In this document: one piece after another, positions 52,698 through 64,000 of the stretch
Layout of the letters: each line of letters begins with the position of its first letter
Position numbering within the stretch: the stretch's first letter is position 1
Assembly (NCBI GenBank): GCA_045563025.1
Contig: JBJKUS010000005.1
Location: 101,988-165,987, forward strand
Source of the DNA: Alphaproteobacteria bacterium
Lineage (GTDB): Bacteria; Pseudomonadota; Alphaproteobacteria; Methylaequorales; Methylaequoraceae
Direction of reading: 5' to 3'
Length of the DNA stretch: 64,000 nucleotides
Translations under genes and position numbers: made by a program
Notes under the pieces: model-generated
What the model was told of the DNA's origin: nothing
Database searches by the model: none
Seen by the model: only the letters and a program-made list of their open reading frames with translations

Positions 52698-53114
52698 ATG
52701 AAGTATTTATCAAAGAAAATAGCGTTAAAAATTTTAGGAGTCGAAAAACTTGAACATAGCATCGTAATTAGTGACCCTAATACAGAAGGTTGTCCAATGG
52801 TTTATATAAGCGAAGAGTTTTCTAAACATACAGGATATAGTGTTGAAGAGTCATTAGGTAGAAACTGCAGATTTCTTCAAGGCCCTGAAACTGATGAAAA
52901 TGACATAGAACATATAAGAGTAGCTTTGAGGTCAAAGAAAAAAATTACAATAGATATACTGAATTATAAAAAAAATGGAGAAAAATTTTGGAATAGACTT
53001 AGAATTAGACCAATTTTTAATGAAAAAAACGAATTAATATATTTTGCAGGTGAACAGAACCCTATATCAGTTGAATCCGTTAGGAGATATATTTTTAATA
53101 AAATTATTGAGTAG
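52698..53114 (+). CDS. Short LOV-domain protein (flavin-binding blue-light photoreceptor; no effector domain)
   Basis: LGRNCRFLQGPETD flavin-adduct Cys motif and canonical LOV core ...ILNYKKNGEKFWNRL...YFAGEQ. The start is set to the internal Met MKYLSK because the track ORF start overlaps the divergent neighbour. Confidence 0.85.
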   Translation: MKYLSKKIALKILGVEKLEHSIVISDPNTEGCPMVYISEEFSKHTGYSVEESLGRNCRFLQGPETDENDIEHIRVALRSKKKITIDILNYKKNGEKFWNRLRIRPIFNEKNELIYFAGEQNPISVESVRRYIFNKIIE

Positions 53115-53562
53115 AGCTTTGGTATTCATACTGAAGATCCAAATAAGACCCTCCTTCACACTGTATAACATTTTCAGGACCCTTATTATCATTTTTCCTC
53201 TTTTGGGATATTAAAAACAAATTCTGATAATAAATAGCCTGTCTCTCTTGTAACGTCCATAAAGTCCTTTCATCTAAATCAAATGATCTTTTTGAATTTT
53301 TTTGGAAGTGATGAACCATTTCGTGTAATATTATTGATTGATCACATATGTTTTTTTCAGGCTCCATATCATTAATAAAATATATTCCATCGGATTTAAC
53401 ATAATAAGCTTTTACTTTGCAGTTATCCGAAGAAAAACATGCTTTTTGAGACATTTCTGTTTGTGACAATGCAAAGAATTGGGGAGCATCAATTTTTTTA
53501 CTAAATTCAGTATTTTCGATTATCCAAGATGTTAAAAAAACTAGTAGCTTTTCAGATATCAT
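53104..53562 (-). CDS. Hypothetical small HExxH (zincin-like) protein, paralog B
   Basis: 152 aa; SIILHEMVHHFQ and ERQAIYYQNLFL. It is a paralog of 27040..27519. Confidence 0.5.
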   Translation of the reverse strand: MISEKLLVFLTSWIIENTEFSKKIDAPQFFALSQTEMSQKACFSSDNCKVKAYYVKSDGIYFINDMEPEKNICDQSIILHEMVHHFQKNSKRSFDLDERTLWTLQERQAIYYQNLFLISQKRKNDNKGPENVIQCEGGSYLDLQYEYQSSTQ

Positions 53563-53852
53563 TTTTCCCTACTTACAATTATTTTACTGATTTGAAGGCC
53601 AGTTTTTAAATCAAATACCTTTATGACTTTCGTGTTATTTTCAGTAAAAATTCCAACATATAATTTTTTGCCGCTTATCTCAAAGGAATTTGCAGAGCCA
53701 TTATTATTTGAAATTGGGCTAAGTTCCAAATTTTCAACAATTTTTATATCATTATTTTTAAATTTATATATTAAAGCTACTATAGTAACTGAAAATAATA
53801 GTAGAATTACTATACCAAGCGAAATAACTATTTTTTTAAGGTTTTGAACCAT
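53559..53852 (-). CDS. Hypothetical small membrane-anchored protein
   Basis: 97 aa, N-terminal TM IVISLGIVILLLFSVTIVALI; 4-nt overlap with the downstream HExxH gene, which suggests a two-gene operon. Confidence 0.45.
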   Translation of the reverse strand: MVQNLKKIVISLGIVILLLFSVTIVALIYKFKNNDIKIVENLELSPISNNNGSANSFEISGKKLYVGIFTENNTKVIKVFDLKTGLQISKIIVSREK

Positions 53853-54847
53853 TGAATGAAGATTATATTACTATTTCTGTAACTATCAATGACTTAAATC
53901 AAAGAATTGATGTGTTTTTGTCTAAAAAAATAGAACAGATTTCAAGAAATAGAATAATTAAGTTAATTAAAGAAAATAAAATTTTATTTAATAAAAAACT
54001 AATAGATTCACAGTCGTTCATTATTAAAAGTATAGGTTTAATAGAAATTAATATTCCCAAGCCAAAAGAATATTTTTTAAAACCTCTCAAAATGAAGTTA
54101 GATGTTCTTTATGAGGACGAAAATTTAATTTTAATAAATAAAGAGGCTGGTATTGTCGTTCACCCTGGAGCAGGTAATTATGAAAACACTCTAGTTAATG
54201 GTTTACTACATCACTGTAAGAGCAGCCTCTCAGGTATTGGTGGAGTATTAAGACCCGGGATCGTCCATAGAATAGATAAAATGACAAGTGGTATCTTAAT
54301 CGCAGCAAAAGATGACTTTACACACTTTGAACTATCAAAACAATTCAAAAATAGGACTATAGATAGAAAATATATTTGCATAACTATGAACTCACTGGCT
54401 AAAAATGAAGGTGAGATAAATGAAAATATTAAAAGATCAAAAATAAATAGAAAAAAAATGATTGTTTGTAAATCTAATGAAGGAAAAAAAGCAATAACTA
54501 CTTATTCTTTATTGAAGAAATTTGCTATTACTAAAGATTTAAATTTTAATTTCTATGAGTGCAAACTTAAAACCGGTAGAACTCATCAAATTAGAGTCCA
54601 CTTTAGTTATATGAAAACTCCAATTTTAGGCGATTCTACTTACAAAAGAAGTAAAAGTTTTAAAAATATACCAGAAAAAATTGAAACAATCATAAAAAGT
54701 CATTTTATTACTCCAAAAAGACAGGCATTACATGCTAAATCAATTGGTTTTTTTCATCCCGTTAAAAGAGAAGAAATGAATTTTGAATCGGAACTTCCTC
54801 TTGATTTTAAGTACTTATTAGATTGTCTTGAAAAGCAACGATATTAA
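53852..54847 (+). CDS. rluD: RluA-family 23S rRNA pseudouridine synthase (RluD-like)
   Basis: N-terminal S4-like region, catalytic HRIDKMTSGILIAAKD. Confidence 0.8.
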   Translation: MNEDYITISVTINDLNQRIDVFLSKKIEQISRNRIIKLIKENKILFNKKLIDSQSFIIKSIGLIEINIPKPKEYFLKPLKMKLDVLYEDENLILINKEAGIVVHPGAGNYENTLVNGLLHHCKSSLSGIGGVLRPGIVHRIDKMTSGILIAAKDDFTHFELSKQFKNRTIDRKYICITMNSLAKNEGEINENIKRSKINRKKMIVCKSNEGKKAITTYSLLKKFAITKDLNFNFYECKLKTGRTHQIRVHFSYMKTPILGDSTYKRSKSFKNIPEKIETIIKSHFITPKRQALHAKSIGFFHPVKREEMNFESELPLDFKYLLDCLEKQRY

Positions 54848-54925
54848 GGCTTTCTTTAATTAGTTAATATGCCGTTCATCTTGTGTTCATTTTTTACTTG
54901 AATAAATTTTTTATAACACTAATAT

Positions 54926-58248
<3,323 letters not shown>

Positions 58249-58256
<8 letters not shown>

Positions 58257-59313
58257 ATTTATTAAAAGACCAATCTAACCAATTTGTTAGAGCAATTAAA
58301 TCATTTTTTTTTATATTTGGACCATTCCATATTCTAATTCCATCTCTTACTTTCCTAAAATTTTGAATATCATAAGCAATTTTATTTTCACTTAAATAAG
58401 CAAATATTTTTTTATGATTTAATTTTCTTTTAAAAATAAAAAAGCTTGGCGTTACAGATTGAAATTTTTTGTTTTGACAAAAATACTTTATGTAAGGATG
58501 ATTCTTTTCCCATAAATCTAAAATCTTCTTATTTTGCCTGCAAACACTTATATTAAAATTCAAACCTCCATTTTTATTATATAAATCAATACATTGCTCT
58601 AGATCTGCAAAAGATAATAAAGAAGGAGTATTGATCAAAAAATCAAAATTTTTTAAATCGAATAGTTTTAATTGGTTTGTTTTTAGTCTTTCTAATGCCT
58701 TAGGGCTCAATACCACAACACCTTTCTGTGACTCTGCACCAAGGGCTTTTTGAAGAGAAAAAACTGATACATCGAGATTCTTCCAAGGTAATTTGCAAGC
58801 AAAAACAGCCGAGGTTAAGTCAGAAATCACTAATCCTTTATGATTATTTGAAATAAAACTTAAATTAGAAATACTCATTCCATTTGATGTTGCATTCCAA
58901 ACAAAAATAACATCATTATTTAATGGTATACCCTGAAGAGATGGAAGATTTCCGTTCATTTTTTTTCTAGCATTAACTTTAAGGTTTAATTTTTTTAATT
59001 CCTCGTACCAGAATTGTCCCCAATAATCATAAATAATAGAAGTAATTGAATTTTTACCTAATATAGAATTTAAAACTGAAGTCATTGCACCAGTGCAGGA
59101 TCCTGGAAGAAAAAAAATTTTATGCTCTTTGGGTATTTTTAATGTTTGCTTTAGTTTTAGGATTATTTTTTCTAAGTAATCCTTAACATCCTCAGACCGG
59201 TGGTACCTTCCCAAATATTTTATTTCTAATTTTTTTATGGACCAGCCCTCTGGCTTTTTTGTCGGTCCAGATGAAAAATTTGGGCATCCTGGTTTTTTTA
59301 AATTTAACTTCAT
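58249..59313 (-). CDS. Class-V aminotransferase, phosphoserine aminotransferase-like
   Basis: NFSSGPTKKP N-terminal motif resembles the SerC FNFSAGPA motif. Confidence 0.6.
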
Positions 59314-61136
59314 ATTTTATAGATAAACGGAAATACAAAGAAGAAAACAACCCAACACAAAATAGTTAATGGCAAACCAAATTTCACGTAATCTATAAAT
59401 TTATAATGTCCAGGGCCCATAACTAATAAATTTGTCTGATAGGCTAAAGGGGTTGCAAAAGAGGTATTAACAGAAAAAATAAGAGCAATAGCAAATATCT
59501 TGGGGTCCACATCTATTTTCTCAGCAATATCAATTGCTATCGGTGCAAAAAGAACTGCACAAGCATTGTTTGATATAAAATTGGTTGTAATCGAAACTAA
59601 GGCGTAAAAGCAGATTAAAATCGTAAGCGGACTAGATCCGTCAAGGATATCTAATAAATATTCTGATAAAAAAGTAGCTGCACCAGTTACTTGAATGACC
59701 TTCCCTAATGCAAGTGATGTAACAATAAGTAATAATAGGTTATTATCTACACTCCTCAAAGCTTGTCTTAAAGAGAGTACTTTTGAAGCAATCATTGTTA
59801 CAACTCCAATTAAAGAAGCCACTACAAGAGGAAGTATTTCAAAAGCTCCAAATATGATTACACATAAGAAAATAAAAATTGAGATTTTAGCGATGTTTTT
59901 ATTTTGAATCTCTGAGGTGGTCCATTCCATTGGCAGTAAGTCGCTTTTAGTTCTTAGTGCCTTAATTGACTTTTTGTCTCCTTGAATTAATAAAGTATCA
60001 CCTGGTTCAAGAGGAAGCTCTCCCATATTAGTTGTTATTATTTTGGACTTTCGCTGAAGTCCAATTACGATACAATCATATCTATATCTAAAACTCACAT
60101 TTTCTATTGTATTACCAACTAAGCTTGATGAAGGAGTTACCATTGCCTCTGTAATAACTTGTTTTTTTGTTTCAGAATCATCTTCATTTTCATCAAAAGA
60201 TTCTATTGAGCCAATATTCTTTGATAAAATTGATGTAAGTTGTTCCCTACTAGTAGAAATCACTAGGATATCACCTTTTTCCATTACAAAACTATAAAAA
60301 GGCGTGTGTTCAGCATGTTCACCTCTTTGTATCATAAGTATTTCTGAGTTCTCTAAACCTTCTAATTTATCTTCATCAGCTTTCTTTCCAATAAGGTTAG
60401 AGTTTTCATTAACTATGATTTTAGTTATAAAATTATTTTTTTTATCTTTAATCAACTGGTTAGAAATTGGGGATCTATCTGTCAGAAGAAATTTTGAGAA
60501 GATTACAACATATATAAGTCCACAAAAAGCTATAATTGAACCAGGAATAGCAAATTCAAAGAAACTTATTTCAAAATTAGAATACGTCTTCAATGAGTCT
60601 GATACCAATAAATTAGTACTTGAACCAATGATTGTTATCATTCCTCCTAAAATTGCTACAAAACTTAATGGCATTAGATATTTGCCTATTGATTGATTTG
60701 AATTTTTCACAACACTTTGCAGTATTGGTATAAAAATAATAACAACAGGTGTATTATTAATAAAAGCACTCAGAACTAGAACAAAAAATAAGCATACAAT
60801 TATTATGAGTTGAGTATTATCTGGAAAATATTTTAATAAATTTGAAATAAATCCGTCTAGAACTCTTGTATTTACTACACCTTGTCCAAGAATTAAAAGA
60901 GAAATTACTGTAATTAGCGAGGTATTACTAAAACCATTTAAAATACTCTGAGGGTTTAAAAGGTTTACGTCAGTTGCTCCTTTAAATGGGAAAATTGAAA
61001 AAAAAATCAAAAGAAATGTCAAAATTACAATAGATTTAAATGCCATTGAAAATTTATCTATGGCATAAAAAACCATACTTGAAAAAGCAATTAAAAGGCT
61101 CAAATATATAAAAGTTTGATTTTCTAAATTAAACAT
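59310..61136 (-). CDS. SLC13/DASS-family anion transporter with two central TrkA-C domains
   Basis: 608 aa; two TM bundles flanking two about 70-aa TrkA_C-like modules. Confidence 0.7.
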   Translation of the reverse strand: MFNLENQTFIYLSLLIAFSSMVFYAIDKFSMAFKSIVILTFLLIFFSIFPFKGATDVNLLNPQSILNGFSNTSLITVISLLILGQGVVNTRVLDGFISNLLKYFPDNTQLIIIVCLFFVLVLSAFINNTPVVIIFIPILQSVVKNSNQSIGKYLMPLSFVAILGGMITIIGSSTNLLVSDSLKTYSNFEISFFEFAIPGSIIAFCGLIYVVIFSKFLLTDRSPISNQLIKDKKNNFITKIIVNENSNLIGKKADEDKLEGLENSEILMIQRGEHAEHTPFYSFVMEKGDILVISTSREQLTSILSKNIGSIESFDENEDDSETKKQVITEAMVTPSSSLVGNTIENVSFRYRYDCIVIGLQRKSKIITTNMGELPLEPGDTLLIQGDKKSIKALRTKSDLLPMEWTTSEIQNKNIAKISIFIFLCVIIFGAFEILPLVVASLIGVVTMIASKVLSLRQALRSVDNNLLLLIVTSLALGKVIQVTGAATFLSEYLLDILDGSSPLTILICFYALVSITTNFISNNACAVLFAPIAIDIAEKIDVDPKIFAIALIFSVNTSFATPLAYQTNLLVMGPGHYKFIDYVKFGLPLTILCWVVFFFVFPFIYKI

Positions 61137-61226
61137 CTACAAAATAATATGAAGGAAATTAAATATATCTATTTTTTTAGTTTTTTAAATATTATAATAG
61201 AATAATTAGATATGTTTATAAATTAA

Positions 61227-62996
<1,770 letters not shown>

Positions 62997-62999
62997 AAA

Positions 63000-63776
63000 C
63001 TAAAGCACAGGACCATAATCAACCCCAAGCTTGGGTGATTTCTTTAGACTCTCAACCACAAATTTGTTAGATTTCTCTAATGACTTATGAAGGTCATAAC
63101 CTTTTGATAAAAAAACAGCAAGGGCTGCTGAAAAGACGCATCCAGTTCCATGTTTATCTTGAACATTTATTTTTAAGGATTTTAATACCCTAACTTCCCC
63201 TTCGTTTACAAAGTATCCTAAAATTTCGTCATTTTTATTTTGGACACTTTTAATAATAAAAGGAGTTTTGTACATCGAATATAATTCTTCAATCAATCTT
63301 AATCCTGTTTTTTTTTTAGATGAGGATTTAGCTAATAAAGATGCTTCTTCAAAATTCGGTGTTATTACCGGTCTTAAAGTTGATAAAAGTTTTGTAATAG
63401 TTTTATAGTCACTTTTTTTATGAAAAAACCTGCCATTAGTCGACTTAAAAATAGGATCGAAAACGATTGGACATTTAATCTTATTTTTAATAAGAAAATT
63501 GACTAAAAATCTTGTAACTTTGACATCGTTTAATAATCCAATTTTTATTGCATCTACTTTAAATTCATTAAAAACCGTTTTAATTTGAGATTTAATTAAT
63601 CGTAGCGAAACAGGTTCAACACAGTCTACTTTTTTAGAATTCTGTGATGTAACCAATGTTATGACATTTACACAGTAAACTTTAAGCAATTGACAAGTTT
63701 TAATATCAGCTTGTACTCCAGCACCAGAGGAATTATCACTTCCAGCAATTGATAAAATTATTTTTTTGCTAACCAT
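63000..63776 (-). CDS. thiD: Hydroxymethylpyrimidine/phosphomethylpyrimidine kinase
   Basis: ILSIAGSDNSSGAGVQADIKT signature. The track ORF begins TTG-ATG, and ATG at 63776 is taken as the start. Confidence 0.85.
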   Translation of the reverse strand: MVSKKIILSIAGSDNSSGAGVQADIKTCQLLKVYCVNVITLVTSQNSKKVDCVEPVSLRLIKSQIKTVFNEFKVDAIKIGLLNDVKVTRFLVNFLIKNKIKCPIVFDPIFKSTNGRFFHKKSDYKTITKLLSTLRPVITPNFEEASLLAKSSSKKKTGLRLIEELYSMYKTPFIIKSVQNKNDEILGYFVNEGEVRVLKSLKINVQDKHGTGCVFSAALAVFLSKGYDLHKSLEKSNKFVVESLKKSPKLGVDYGPVL

Positions 63777-64000
63777 CAAGTTTTTTTACAAGTTGGACGA
63801 TTCTTTTAATGGAGTTATCAACTTCACTTTTAATTGAAGATTGTACCATTATCCGTAGCAGATTTTCAGTACCCGACTTTCTAATAAGAAGATCTAAATC
63901 TTTTTTTGAGGATATTTCTTTTTTTATCTTCAATATCTCTTTTTCTTTAATGATCTTAATTGGATCCTCTTTTGTTGATATATTAATCAGTCTCTGGTAG
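63769..64000 (-). CDS. glmM: Phosphoglucosamine mutase / phosphohexomutase, C-terminal fragment (5' end beyond window)
   Basis: Hand translation of the minus strand gives ...RKSGTENLLRIMVQSS...LVKKLDG-stop, with stop at 63771-63769. This is the conserved C-terminal RxSGTEP motif of the alpha-D-phosphohexomutase family. The frame is open to the window edge. Confidence 0.55.
   Translation of the reverse strand, partial: YQRLINISTKEDPIKIIKEKEILKIKKEISSKKDLDLLIRKSGTENLLRIMVQSSIKSEVDNSIKRIVQLVKKLDG

Noticed and set aside
63809-64000. 63-aa plus-strand ORF at window end
   Set aside because: It is antisense to the better-supported minus-strand GlmM-like C-terminal coding frame.

Overview
Most likely a Pelagibacterales (SAR11-like) alphaproteobacterium. 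Evidence: about 29% GC, densely packed genes with many 1-4 nt start/stop overlaps, and very short AT-rich intergenic spacers. Most of the window is housekeeping genes: prfB with its programmed +1 frameshift, PBP1A, an amidase, RNase E, aroQ-accB-accC, clpS-clpA, pgm-ugd-galU, fhs, thiO-thiS-thiG, hemA (ALAS), pdxH, fabI, aroC, ispA, xseB, rpoH, purA, hisZ, thiC and thiD. Two areas stand out. (1) A light-related island at about 45.6-53.1 kb. It holds a blue-tuned (Q105) proteorhodopsin, followed by a complete retinal pathway (crtE-crtI-crtB-crtY-blh). Beside these are a PhyH-like oxygenase and a short stand-alone LOV-domain blue-light photoreceptor. (2) An anomalous stretch at about 39.0-44.7 kb with unusually high GC. 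It starts with an exbB-exbD-exbD-tonB cluster in which exbB is frameshifted. Next comes a roughly 1.5 kb gene for a porin-like, glycine-rich beta-barrel protein. That gene has a signal peptide, a strong RBS and its own terminator, but its reading frame is broken about ten times. Then comes about 1.1 kb with no intact ORF between convergent genes. Last is a second outer-membrane beta-barrel gene, interrupted at a C6/G6 homopolymer. Several-kb tracts with no intact gene are very unusual in a streamlined genome like this. No rRNA, tRNA, CRISPR, transposase or integrase was recognisable. Coordinates that I derived by hand (starts re-set from the ORF track, hairpins) may be off by 1-2 nt.
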